This document shows positions 11,978 to 23,237 of a stretch of 27,245 bases of DNA, in pieces. Within the stretch, counting starts at the first letter, position 1. Each line of letters begins with the position of its first letter. The stretch covers positions 1 to 27,245 of the forward strand of contig NW_021836182.1 in assembly GCF_006345805.1 (NCBI RefSeq). Reading direction: 5' to 3'. The translations under genes were made by a program, and so were the position numbers. This DNA is from Octopus sinensis. Lineage: Eukaryota. Under the pieces are notes generated by a model, which saw only the letters and a list, made by a program, of their open reading frames with translations, had not been told where the DNA came from and made no database searches.

Positions 11978-13366
11978 AGGGACATACTGAAAAGTAGGTA
12001 TTTAAAGAAGTTTTATACTATATAAAAGACTATATAAAGACTATATAAAGTAAGGGTACAGAAGATTAGGGTGTATAAAACTGGCGTATATAATGGTATG
12101 CTGTAGTCAAGTAGGGCTCTAATAGTAGGCTCTAGAAAGAAGTTGGTATATGAAGCTGTATGAAGTAGGGGCATATGAGAGTGTGCTATATAAAGCTGTG
12201 GTATATAAGGGTAGGCTATATATAGCAGGTGTATGTTAGGGTAGACTCTAAGGTGTACTAGATAAAGCCAAGGTACATGTAGACAATATAAAGTAGGTGT
12301 ATATAAGGTTAAGCTACCTAAAACAAAGAGGTAATCAGGGGTATATAAGGGTAGGCTATATATAGCAAGTGTATGTCAGGGTAGATTATAGGGTGCACTA
12401 GATAACGCCAGGGTACATTTCGTATTACATTACGGGTAGGAGTGTAAAGTAGACTGTGCCCAACCCCTTACAAGTTTGATTCCACCCTTAACCTTCAGCA
12501 CCATAAATATCACCAAAGAAGACAGAACTCCCAAAACGTTTCAGACTTTACATGGTCGTATGGCCTGGTAGTAATAGCTGTCAGGTATCGGACAAATCAG
12601 ATACTACGGTTAAAAAAAAAAAGGGACACACTGAATTATGCATTCGCAATTTTTGTCCCCACCCATACAGCTACCCGTGAACTCTCTCCTATCAATAGAT
12701 GACAGATTCCCCAAATTCTCGATGTACAACCTATTTCTCTACTACCCACGAGGGGCTAAACACAGAGGGGACAAACAAGGACAGACAGGGGGATTAAGTC
12801 GATTACATCGACCCCTCACATGTAAACGGCTTGAAAATACTTCAGTCATACATGGCTGCCTGATCAGGACTGACCAGGGGGTTAAACAATGGATTAATCA
12901 AAAACCATTTGTAAAAATCGCTGGTGTGTACTTTATGCGGCCTACCTTCATACACCCCTGCAATTATGTAACCTACCCTGCTTTATATAGCTATACTTTA
13001 TAAGCTCAACATTATATAGCCTACCCTTATATACCGCTCATTATCTCTGTTTTAGGTAGCTTAACCTTATATAGACCTATTTTATATAGTCTACATGTAC
13101 CCTGGCTTCATCTAGTACACCCTATAGTCTACCCTAACATACACCTGCTATATATAGCCTACCCTTATATACCACAGCTTTATATAGCACACTCTCATAT
13201 GCTTCATACAGCTTCATATACCAACTTCTTTGTATAGCCTACCATTAGAGCCCTACTTTGCTACAGCATACCATTATATACGCCAGCTTTATACACCCTA
13301 ATCTTCTGTACCCTTACTTTATATAGTCTATCTCCTGTAAAACTTCTTTATATACCTACTGTCCCT
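11978..13366. repeat. long inverted repeat (foldback-like): arms ~11993-12363 and ~13014-13360
   Basis: The arms are reverse complements over ~350 bp (roughly 85-90% by eye). The left arm contains an internal ~139-bp tandem subrepeat. Confidence 0.9.
12735..12813 (-). mobile_element. SINE family B tail fragment
   Basis: tactacccacgaggggctaaacacagaggggacaaacaaggacagac matches 18533-18600. Confidence 0.8.
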
Positions 13367-14120
13367 GTGAATGTGGTGGGTAGGGCATCATTTTCCATTC
13401 AAACTGCTCCAGCCTTCGGAATGCCATCCTAGCTTTATATGGCCAAACAGATAGCAATTCCTTGCGTGAATGAAGACTTTCTTTAGCCTTGCAACCCGGG
13501 GTTTCTTCTTTTCCTGTTTCCTGTCTTCAGCGCTTGAAATTTTTATAGAGAAACCAGTTCTTGTCACCAGTCACTATTCGGTCCAAAACAGGTTCATTCG
13601 TGAGAGGTGGCCCCAAAGAAGAGCACACATTCACTCTCTGCACACAATTAGACTCAGAAAGTTTGTGAGGAACCCATTGACCCAATTTGCTGACTTTTCC
13701 GATGGCACGCAGGTGGCGATGAATGGTTGAATGACCAAATCCAAGCTTCTCTGCGAGTTCCTCAACAGTTACGATGAGGTTTTGTTCCACCAGGGTTTAC
13801 CGGACGTCCTCGTCGAGCTCTACAGGTCTTCCACGGCGGGGCTTGTCTTTTAGGCTGTAGTTCCCGTCACAGACTTTCTGGAACCACCGTTGACACTGTC
13901 CGATCCCCGTATACTGTAATAATATTCCTCACACTTTCTGTTGCGTTGTTGCCTTTATTGAACTCACAAAGCAAAAATATGCTGAATATGCTCAACTGTT
14001 AAAATCGAACTGCACTCTTCAAACTGTGCACTAAGAATAAGGACAAGGTAAAATTACTACCTGCTTTATAGCAAGTTGATGCAGGCAGATTATCCCGTCC
14101 ACCTCCGACTTTTAGGGTAT
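13367..14120 (-). mobile_element. partial, internally deleted mariner transposon
   Basis: Minus strand encodes ...PRRGRPVELDED, VTVEELAEKLGFGHSTIHRHL, the mariner signature WVPHKL and IVTGDKNWFLYKN, then ...RLEQFEWKMMPYPPHS, cut at the YSPD motif. A TIR-like end near 14095-14120 is tentative. Confidence 0.88.
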
Positions 14121-14259
14121 TCACCTAGGAGAAGGCGACACCCATGTAAAAGCCACAGTTTGGTGCTCACCTCGAAATCGAAAGAGTGGGATAGGATTGT
14201 ACAGTGATACATCGAGGACCGGTTAACATACTAATTGGGGGCTTGTTGGTCCTGATAAC

Positions 14260-14500
14260 ATCACGGTATTTAGGGTGTCGACCAGACTATCGGATGTTGT
14301 TGTACATCGCTGGTCACAATGCGCCTCGCATCCTTTTAGCTTTCGAAAGATTTTACCAAGGCCAACTTATTCCCTAGTTGAGGAAGCTGACTGGAGCGAC
14401 GTGAAGTGATTTGAAGAATACAACACACCGCCCGATCCGGAAATCGAACCTACTATCTAGCGGTCATTAGCACAATGCTCTTGACCACTTGAACACTCGC
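14260..14500 (-). mobile_element. diverged SINE (tRNA-like head plus the tail shared with 20080-20190)
   Basis: catcgctggtcacaatgcgc is the reverse complement of gcgcattgtgaccagcgat at ~20133. GGTTCGATTTCC B-box on the minus strand near 14440-14450. Confidence 0.65.
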
Positions 14501-15834
14501 TTTCTATTGTTGACATATTAGTGATAACATATTTTGCAAATGGTCAAGTGAAAAATTTTCTTCGATGAATATTTTTATGTTTTGAATATGATGACCCTAA
14601 ACTCATCTTTCTACTTGCCGGCCAAGGGTTTCTAAGTTAGCCAATCCTTCTACCAATTGTTCACTGCCCCAGTTACTAAAAGGGCAAATGAGGTCTTCAG
14701 TTGGAAAATGAGGAAGCTAAACCTTTCCTACCAGCTGGTCAGCTTAATTTCCTGTCATAAATAGAATTGTCCATTAGATAGAATTTTAATGAAATGAATA
14801 ACCCCTTTAGATTTAATTTTAATTAAGGTAAATTTCTGCATTGTATCACGAGTGAGGTATATACTTTTGATTATAATTAAAATTAGATTTTCTTTTTAAT
14901 TTTTTTCTCCATTTTACAAGTGCTGTATGAATATTTAACGAATTGAATATTAATTACCAAACGGAGATTATAAATCGAATTGAAATTCTAAAAATTTACA
15001 TATTGCGATAAATATTATCAGTAACAATACTGCTTAATTAAAAGTTAATTCTAGATGTCTCATTAACTGAACATCCGCGGTAGCAAATGGATGTCCTAGC
15101 ATTATCTGTCATTTGACAGTAACACTCTACTTCATGGTTTCGTTTACAGTACACTAAACCAAGGGAAACAAATCTAGTAAGATCTAAACCATCTCCGTTG
15201 TTTGTGGGACGGACAAACGGAAAGAGACGGAGATGCACTGACAAATTACATTAATAGAAGGAATTAAGCCTGCCTTTGCAGTTTGTGATAATTTTAGATC
15301 TATTTTAGTTATTTACTTATTATAAAAGATGTACGCGATGCAGTAGGAAGGAAGAGGAAAAGGTGGGGTTAATGAATTAAATTCATTAATTAAATAATTA
15401 GCAAAATCAATAATGACGGCAGTTGTCAGTTACTTTGCTGTAGTTAGGCTACGATAGTTACATAATGATTAGAAGGAAATGAATTAGATTAAGTCATAGG
15501 CTAGTTGAAAGAATGGGTGAGTTTTAAGTAATGTTACCGCAATTAATGAAGCAATTCTTAAAAGGAGGTAATTTAAAATACTTAAAACTTATGTAAACAT
15601 GATTATGAAAGAGTTAATTAATTAGATGCGGTAATAAATACCGTAGGTAGGCTTAAATGGATTAGCTGTTATATATTTAGGAGACTCTTGTATCTTGATA
15701 AAGGACAAAGGCCATTCCAGTATATCGATGTTATTGGTAGGGACGTACAAAAGGAACATTGACCCCTTGCCAAAGTTTTGATGGGGGTGGAATTTCTGGT
15801 GCACCACTGTGGGGGCGCATCTCAGTTGAGCTCG

Positions 15835-16072
15835 TTATAATAATAATAATAATAATGGCTTCAAATTTTGCCACAAGGGCAGCAGTTTTGGGAGGAGAGT
15901 GCGAGTCGATTACATCGATCCCAGTGTTCAACTGGTACTTAATTTATCGATCCCGGAAGGAGGAAAGGCAAAGTCGACATCAGTGGAATTTGAACTCAGA
16001 ACGTAAGGACGGACGAAATACTGGTTAGCATTTTGTCCGGTCTGCTAACGACTTTGCCAGCTCGCCGCCTTA
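15835..16072 (-). mobile_element. SINE family B, full length, (TTA)n tail
   Basis: Minus-strand head GGCGGCGAGCTGGCAAAG...GAGTTCAAATTCC. Matches the plus-strand copies at 24880 and 25187. Confidence 0.88.
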
Positions 16073-16179
16073 AGTAGAGACAAATAGATGAGAAAGTTAG
16101 GTTTAAAACATCTTCCCCTAAGATAACTAGTATTATAGTGTAACGATGTTACCGCACGGCCAAACTCCCACACCTGTTA

Positions 16180-16490
16180 TAATCCTTTCTGCTATAGGCA
16201 CAAGGCCTGAAATTTTGGGCGAGGTGTGGGGGGGGGGGCTATTCGATTACATCGACCCCAGTGTCTAACTGGTACTTATTTCATTGACCCCGAAATAAGC
16301 CTGGTGCTTATCTTATCGGTCGTTTTTTGCTGAGCCCCTACCTTACGGGGACGTAAACAAACCAACGCCGTTGTCAGGAGTTGTGAGGGATGTGGGAGAC
16401 AGACACAAAGACCCTCTCACATACACTTTTTACCTCCCATCACTCAACGACGGGCTTCCATACTTTTCCTGTAGCAAATTCAATCATAAG
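16180..16490 (-). mobile_element. adjacent fragments of SINE families B and A
   Basis: 16180-16295 matches the family B 3' half; 16305-16490 matches the family A middle. Confidence 0.7.
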
Positions 16491-16647
16491 AAAGTAAACT
16501 AATCAAAAGCTGTTGAGGGGTATTAATCGGGTGGTTAAACGAATAGGGATGGCGTGTATGTATGGTTTGTATATTTAAGGGACTTAGTTAAATAAATAGA
16601 AAAGGAAATTGTTAAAAGCTATGGGAATAAGAAAATATGATGATGAT

Positions 16648-16894
16648 CATCATCGTTTAACGTCCGTTTTCCATGCTGGCATGGGTTGGACGGTGCAACT
16701 GGGGTCTGGGAAGCCAGAAGGCTGCACCAGGCCCAGTCTGATCTGGCAGTGTTTCTACGGCTGGATGCCCTTCCTAACGCCAACCACCCCATGAGTGTAG
16801 TGGGTGCTTTTTACGTGCCACCAGCACGGGTGCCAGACGAGGCTGGCAAACGGCCACGATCGGATGGTGCTTTTTACGTGCCACCGGCACGGGT
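16648..16894 (-). mobile_element. severely 5'-truncated RTE LINE (3' UTR only) or RTE-mobilised SINE tail
   Basis: Aligns with 3688-3945 (catcatcgtttaacgtccg...ggatgcccttcctaacgccaacc). Confidence 0.9.
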
Positions 16895-16955
16895 TAATTG
16901 AAATATAGGTGGTGTGCAAGTCGATGCCAGCCGTGTTATTAATCAGCTCACTTTG

Positions 16956-17179
16956 CAAACCATGCTGTTCGAGGTTCAGTCCCGCCCTATGGCACTATGA
17001 TCAGGTATCTTGTACTATAACCCCGGGCCGACCATAGGGGAAACTGTGTGTGCATGCAGACAGCAAACCATACTGTTCGTGTTTCAGTCCCGCCGTGTGA
17101 CACTATGATAAGGTATCTTGTACTATAACCCCGGGCCGACTATAGGGGAAACTGTGTATGTGTGTATGCATGCAGACAG
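16956..17179 (+). repeat. two tandem ~108-bp units derived from the SINE family A head
   Basis: Units start at 16956 and 17064 (caaacca..ctgttc...ttcagtcccgcc...tactataaccccgggccgac). Confidence 0.85.
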
Positions 17180-17199
17180 TCTGTCACCGTGTGTGTGTG

Positions 17200-17449
17200 C
17201 ATGGGCCCGGGAACAGGTGGTGCAAGTGCATCCCCTAGAATTTTTGTGGAGTGCAGAACCAAAATTTGCAGCCCTTCTTAATTTTCCCCGGGTTTAGAAA
17301 ACGGTAAATAAGAAGTGATGTGTAAAAAGTAACTTGAAGTTAGGTTCCTTCTCAAAGAACAAAACACACACAAAAAAAGGGACCTTGTTTGTAAATATTT
17401 TTGGACCTGGGTTTGCACCCCCTAAGGAAACTTCATTCCCGAGCCAGTG
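17200..17449. mobile_element. degenerate hAT-like MITE inserted in (TG)n
   Basis: Ends CATGGGCCCGGGAA / TTCCCGAGCCAGTG with subterminal GGTGCAA / TTGCACC. Both flanks read TGTGTGTG, but this is low complexity and weak TSD evidence. Confidence 0.55.
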
Positions 17450-17949
17450 TGTGTGTGTGTGTATAGGGGCAGTGGGTTTCTTTTAGGTTTGAATAAATGT
17501 CTTCCCCGCCCCGGGAAGCATGCGTGTTTCATTCATCATGCTTAATTAGCCCTTATTCAGTGACCTTTAGAACGGAGTGGGCCACGCAGCAACTGAGAAA
17601 AATTCTAACTGGGTCCCAACTGCAAAGTCATGCGCTGTTTATCTTGGGTAGGGGGTCACCATGTCGCGCACACAAGCCTGTGATATTTGTAACCGGTATC
17701 AGACCGGTTGTCATGATTAGTATCTTAGCTTTGGGATATTAGTACCCAGCCACACTTTGATTCCATGAGCTGTGATAAACTATTTAAGCTTGAAAACAGT
17801 GCCCTCGTATGACCGTTGTCCAATAACGAAAGAACTTGGACGTATAGCGTCACTCAATAATGTCTGGGAGTTTCAGGAGTTGCGGTTCAGGAAAGCAGGA
17901 TACACTCTTTACTTCGAACAAGTGAAGCTACTATAACAATAATTTCGTG

Positions 17950-18370
17950 CAGATGGCTTTGGTTTGGGCACGTTATCTTTCAAAGGGTGAAGGTAAGGGC
18001 CAGAGCCTCTTCTTCCAGACAGCGAAAATACGGACACGTTGTTTGCCCCCAGAGAGTGATGGTTTGGATATTATCTTTTCCTCATGGCAGTAATGGTATA
18101 TGATCAGAGTCTCTCTCTAGACAACAATAGTATGAACATAACATCTCTATTTTACACCGTGATGGTATTGGACAGATTTTGGCCTCTCTGCGGCAATGCT
18201 ATGGATTAGTTCCATTCTACAGACAGCGAGGAGCATAATCCTTTCCTATAAACCACGATGGTATGGACACAATCTCTCCCTTCCAGATAGTAACGGTATG
18301 GGCATAATTTCTTTTGCCATGCAGTGATGGTTTGGACGTAGTCTTTACCTTAAGACAGTGGTCGTATGGG

Positions 18371-18411
<41 letters not shown>

Positions 18412-18955
18412 TAGATAGCGATGGTATGGACACTTCCTTTTTGGACAGCGATGGTGGGCGCAATCTCATTCTTCCCAGCAGCAATCGTATGGACACAATT
18501 TCTTGCAGACTGTAGTAGATACCTATTGCTTTACTACCCGCAAGGGGCTAAACACAGAGGGGACAAACAAGGACAGACACACGGATTAAGGCGATTATAT
18601 CGACCCCAGTGGTACTTATTTAATCGACCCCGAAAGGATGAAAGGCAAAGTCGGCCTCGGCGGAATTTGAACTCAGAACGTAGCGGCAGACGAAATACCT
18701 ATTTCTTTACTACCCACAAGGGGCTAAACATAGAGAGGACAAACAAGGACATACAAACGGATTAAGTTACTTATAACAACCCCAGTGCGTAACTGGTACT
18801 TTATTTATCGATGGACACAATGGCATAATGGTATGGGCACAATGGCATAATGGTAAAGCAGCGCAGGCATGCACACAATATCTTCCAAACAGCAATGGTA
18901 TGGTCATAATTTCCTAGTCAAGAATTGGTATGAACGGAATCTCCTCTTCCAAAGA
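17950..18955. repeat. degenerate ~34-bp tandem array (approx. consensus gacagcgATGGTATGGacacaatctcttttcca), interrupted by (CT)n and a SINE
   Basis: Cores at 18059, 18093, 18127, 18162, 18196, 18258, 18293, 18327, 18361, 18421, 18451, 18484, 18895 and 18925. Confidence 0.8.
18520..18805 (-). mobile_element. SINE family B variant with duplicated tail, inserted into the 34-bp array
   Basis: ggcaaagtcggcctcggcggaatttgaactcagaacg body. The tactaccc.caaggggctaaaca segment occurs twice (~18533 and ~18709). Confidence 0.8.
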
Positions 18956-19439
18956 ATACAATTTAGGAAAAAAAAATAAGAAGAATGAGTAAAAGAAAAA
19001 CTTAATACTTAGTGGTTACTGAGGGGAGGAGAGAAATAATCGGTGTATTAGACTGAACTCAGGATTACCCCATATTCGTTACCCGGGTGGATGGTGGGTG
19101 ATGGAATGTTTCTCTCTCTCTCTCTCTCTCCATCGCTTCTGCAGAGAAGGTCATTAAACCCAAATACTAACAATGTGCGTCTGCGTGAGTGCATATGTGT
19201 GTGTGTGTGTATAAGTTGGAGTGCACATACACACACACATCCATCTGTGAGTGTGTGTGTGTGTGTGTAAAAGTTGGAGTGCACATACACACATGCATCA
19301 GTGTGTGTATGAACTCACGCGCACACTGCTAGTGTTCCGGTTTAATAAACTCTTTCTTTCTCTCTCTCCCTCTCTTACTCACACACACACACACACACTC
19401 ACTCTCTCCCTCTCTATATATATATATATGTGTGTGTAT

Positions 19440-19487
<48 letters not shown>

Positions 19488-19491
19488 ATAT

Positions 19492-19858
19492 TCATTCTTT
19501 TATTCTTTTACTTGTTTCAGTCATTCGACTGCGGCAATGCTGGAGTAATGCCTTTTAGTAGAATAAATCGACCCCAGGACTTATTCTTTGTAAGCATAGT
19601 ACTTATTTCTATCGGAATATCTCTCACCGAACCGCTATGTGGCGGGGACGTAAGCACACCAACATCGGTTGTCAGGCGATGGTGATGGGGGCGAAAGGAC
19701 ACAAACAACACACACACACACACATATACGAAGGGCTTCTTTCAGTTTCCGTCTGGCAAACCCATTCACAAGGGCAAGGCTACAGTAGAAGAGACATTTG
19801 CCCAAGATGCCGGTACCATGTGGTTGGAAAGCAAGCTACTTACCACACAGCCACTCAT
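19492..19858 (-). mobile_element. SINE family A copy (unit 1 of the duplication)
   Basis: Matches the other family A copies. Confidence 0.9.
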
Positions 19859-20195
19859 GTATATATATTCTTTCTACTTGCGAAAAGCAAAAAAACCTGA
19901 AACTTTGGGGGTGGGGTGGGATGCCGGTTCTTATTTCATTGACCCCTCCTTGGCGGTGATTGAACCCAGAATGCAATGCCACAAGAAATGCCACTCAGGC
20001 ATTCCTTCACTTTGGCTCAGAATATAATGTCTGTGAGTGCGCGCATCGGTATGTGTGTTCGTGTGTGTGTGTGTGTGGCCTGCTCGCTTATCCAGCGGGG
20101 TGGCATCGTTTGAAGGCTAAAACAATGTAAAGCGCATTGTGACCAGCGATATGTTGCAACATCTGATAGCCTGGTCGGTCACGGTGATATATATA

Positions 20196-20256
<61 letters not shown>

Positions 20257-20620
20257 TCATTCTTTTATTCTTTTACTTGTTTCAGTCATTCGACTGCGGC
20301 AATGCTGGAGTAATGCCTTTTAGTAGAATAAATCGACCCCAGGACTTATTCTTTGTAAGCATAGTACTTATTTCTATTGGAATATCTCTCACCGAACCGC
20401 TATGTGGCGGGGACGTAAGCACACCAACATCGGTTGTCAGGCGATGGTGATGGGGGCGAAAGGACACAAACAACACACACACACACACATATACGAAGGG
20501 CTTCTTCAGTTTCCGTCTGGCAAACCCACTCACAAGGGCAAGGCTACAGTAGAAGAGACTTTGCCCAAGATGCCGGTACCATGTGGTTGGAAAGCAGCTA
20601 CTTACCACACAGCCACTCAT
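20257..20620 (-). mobile_element. SINE family A copy (unit 2 of the duplication)
   Basis: Matches the other family A copies. Confidence 0.9.
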
Positions 20621-20947
20621 GTATATATATTCTTTCTACTTGCGAAAAGCAAAAAAACCTGAAACTTTGGGGGTGGGGTGGGATGCCGGTTCTTATTTCA
20701 TTGACCCCTCCTTGGCGGTGATTGAACCCAGAATGCAATGCCACAAGAAATGCCACTCAGGCATTCCTTCACTTTGGCTCAGAATATAATGTCTGTGAGT
20801 GCGCGCATCGGTATGTGTGTTCGTGTGTGTGTGTGTGTGGCCTGCTCGCTTATCCAGCGGGGTGGCATCGTTTGAAGGCTAAAACAATGTAAAGCGCATT
20901 GTGACCAGCGATATGTTGCAACATCTGATAGCCTGGTCGGTCACGGT

Positions 20948-21245
20948 GATATATATATGTGTGTGTGTGTGTATATATATATATGTGTGTGTGTGTCTAT
21001 ATGTATATATGTCTGTATATATGTGTGTCTATATGTATATATGTCTGTATATATATGTGTGTCTATATGTATATATGTCTGTATATATATGTATGTCTAT
21101 ATGTAAGTGATTGCGCATATATGCATGTGTGTGTGTGTGTCTATATGCATATATGTCTGTATGTATATATATATATATATATATATGCATATATGCAAGT
21201 GAGTGCGCATATATATGTGTATGTACGTATATATATATATATGTA
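20948..21245. repeat. (TA)/(TG)/TATGTC compound microsatellite
   Basis: Directly visible. Confidence 0.95.
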
Positions 21246-21364
21246 TAGTAATTTGAGGAAGGCGTCTGCAAGTTCTTGAAAATTACTACTGCTATTACTA
21301 CTACTACTGCATGTGCTGCTGCTGCGGCTGCTGTCGGTGCTGCAGTTCTGTTGCAACAAGCATC

Positions 21365-21540
21365 AGGTCATTGACATTTGCTTGTGCACGGTGCGCCCAT
21401 GATTTTTTTTTGTCTCCATGATCACGTGATCAAAAAAGGAAGAGGAGAGAGAGAGAGATGGAAGTGTTTACACTGAATAATGGCGTCGAGTTTACAGAAG
21501 AATCTTTGTTTACTGTGTTCACATCTCCGCGCCGCCAACG
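21365..21540. promoter_or_regulatory. candidate cis-regulatory motif cluster
   Basis: AGGTCA-T-TGACAT (IR1-like) at 21365-21377, perfect palindrome TGATCACGTGATCA (E-box) at 21419-21432, and TGTTTAC (forkhead) at 21465 and 21507. Motif match only. Confidence 0.3.
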
Positions 21541-21879
21541 AAGAGTACTACTACTACTACTGCTGCTGCTACTACTATTACTACTATTACGCGACAGTTT
21601 TTAAGAGAGCCCTTTGCGTAGTCGCGCTCCCTTACTGCCACTCACACACACACACACACACATACATACATAGATTGCACCGGGTTTGCCGGTGCCCCCC
21701 CCCCCACTCCGTAAACCCCTTGAAATTTTAACCGGCATCATCTGAAATATTCCCTTCACTCCCATCACAGAGACGCAAACACACGTTTGGCTACCTCGGG
21801 CGAGACGGTCGCGATCGGAACGCTCTCTATTCATAAGTTTGTTTTAATCAAAAGTTCTAAACAATACTGGAAGCTGCTC

Positions 21880-22184
21880 TGTCTGTCTGTCTGCTTCTCT
21901 CTCTCTCTCTCTCTCTCTCCCCCTCTCTCTCTCTCTCTCACACACACATACATGCGTGTGGTGTGTGTGTGTGTGTACACATATGCTCCTGTGTGTATTT
22001 GTATATGCGTGCGTATGTATATATGTATATATATGCTTGTGTGTGTATGTGTATATACGTTTGTGTATGGGTGCTTCTGTACGTATGTGTATGTGTGTAT
22101 AAATACACACACACACGGTTATATATATGTATATATATACATGTGTGTGTATGTGTATATACGTTTGTGTATGGGTCTTCTATA

Positions 22185-22220
<36 letters not shown>

Positions 22221-22265
22221 AATACACACACACACACACAGACGGTTACATATATGTTTATAGAC
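21880..22265. repeat. (CT)/(TG)/(CA) microsatellite region with a ~104-bp internal duplication
   Basis: gtatatacgtttgtgtatgggt occurs at 22051 and 22155. Confidence 0.85.
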
Positions 22266-22371
22266 ATATGCATCTTCTCTGTCAATTTTATTCATATTTG
22301 TTTTACCAAATGCCGGAGCAGTGACCGTAGTAGCGAATGCGCGCGCATATACACACATACATACGCACAGA

Positions 22372-22404
<33 letters not shown>

Positions 22405-22704
22405 AGATATTTGCAAGGGTGTAGCATGGGCGCGAGCACCTTGTGCGCGGTGGCCTTTCGCGTATCTGTCATACACACCTATTCTGTAACATGATATCTG
22501 TGTATCTCACTACAACAGAGATATATATATGTGGTGGATTTTACGAATGCACATCCATATGCGCGTATGTGTAGACATACATGCATTTCTGCGCGTGCTT
22601 GTATTTGGATCAAACTGCATTGAATAAATGAAAATAATACACATGCATATATACATACATAGATACATATATACATATAAATATGTATATATATATACAT
22701 ATAT

Positions 22705-22868
22705 AGATAACCGAAGAGATGGTGTTGTGGATTTCCACCTCGGTATCCGAAACTCAGAGTTTTATCTTGGCTACTGAATAATTGTCACATATTAATTTAC
22801 AGATAAATTCCTCTATTTACATAATATTGAGGTCTCTTTCTTTCTTTTGTTATCTTACCGTTTTTACC
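22705..22868 (+). mobile_element. Penelope-like element terminal remnant with a degenerate hammerhead motif, flanked by (TA)n
   Basis: AGATAA-CCGAAGA-[stem II]-GAAAC-tcaga-GTT-TTATCT, followed by an AT-rich tail between TA tracts. Confidence 0.55.
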
Positions 22869-22932
22869 TATATATATATATAATTATATATAATATATAT
22901 ATATATATATATTAATATATATATATATATAT

Positions 22933-22972
<40 letters not shown>

Positions 22973-23237
22973 CACATATATATATATAACTCCAAGAAAG
23001 TTAGGGGTTGTGTGTTCAACCCACTAAGGGATAATATCTATCCAATATACTGTTGGTAGAATACCCAATTATTAATACACAAGTGTTTTTTATTGCATTG
23101 CAATAACATTACCTAGTGTACTAAATTAGTTAAGGTAATTAATTTATAGACCAGTAAGAAAGTGGAGGAGAACAATAGTTGGCTCATCAACTTTAGGACA
23201 TTAAAAATATTAACATATATATTTATTAATATATATA

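Larger units (their letters stand above)
19425..20955. repeat. ~763-bp near-identical tandem duplication (2 units)
   Basis: Offsets of 765 (19491/20256) and 762 (20181/20943). The units differ by a few substitutions and 1-bp indels; the junctions lie in (TA)/(TG) tracts. Confidence 0.95.

Noticed and set aside
17950-18955. CRISPR-like look of conserved cores with variable spacers
   Set aside because: Eukaryotic context, no cas genes, cores are short and degenerate, and the linkers align with each other instead of being unique spacers.
21141-21420. Poly-Ser or poly-Gln ORF on the minus strand
   Set aside because: Explained by (CTA)/(CTG) trinucleotide repeats running into a TA tract; no recognisable domain or convincing splice sites.
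22990-23110. Short segment between TA tracts, possibly another Penelope-type remnant
   Set aside because: No hammerhead core or other diagnostic motif on either strand, so it is left unclassified.
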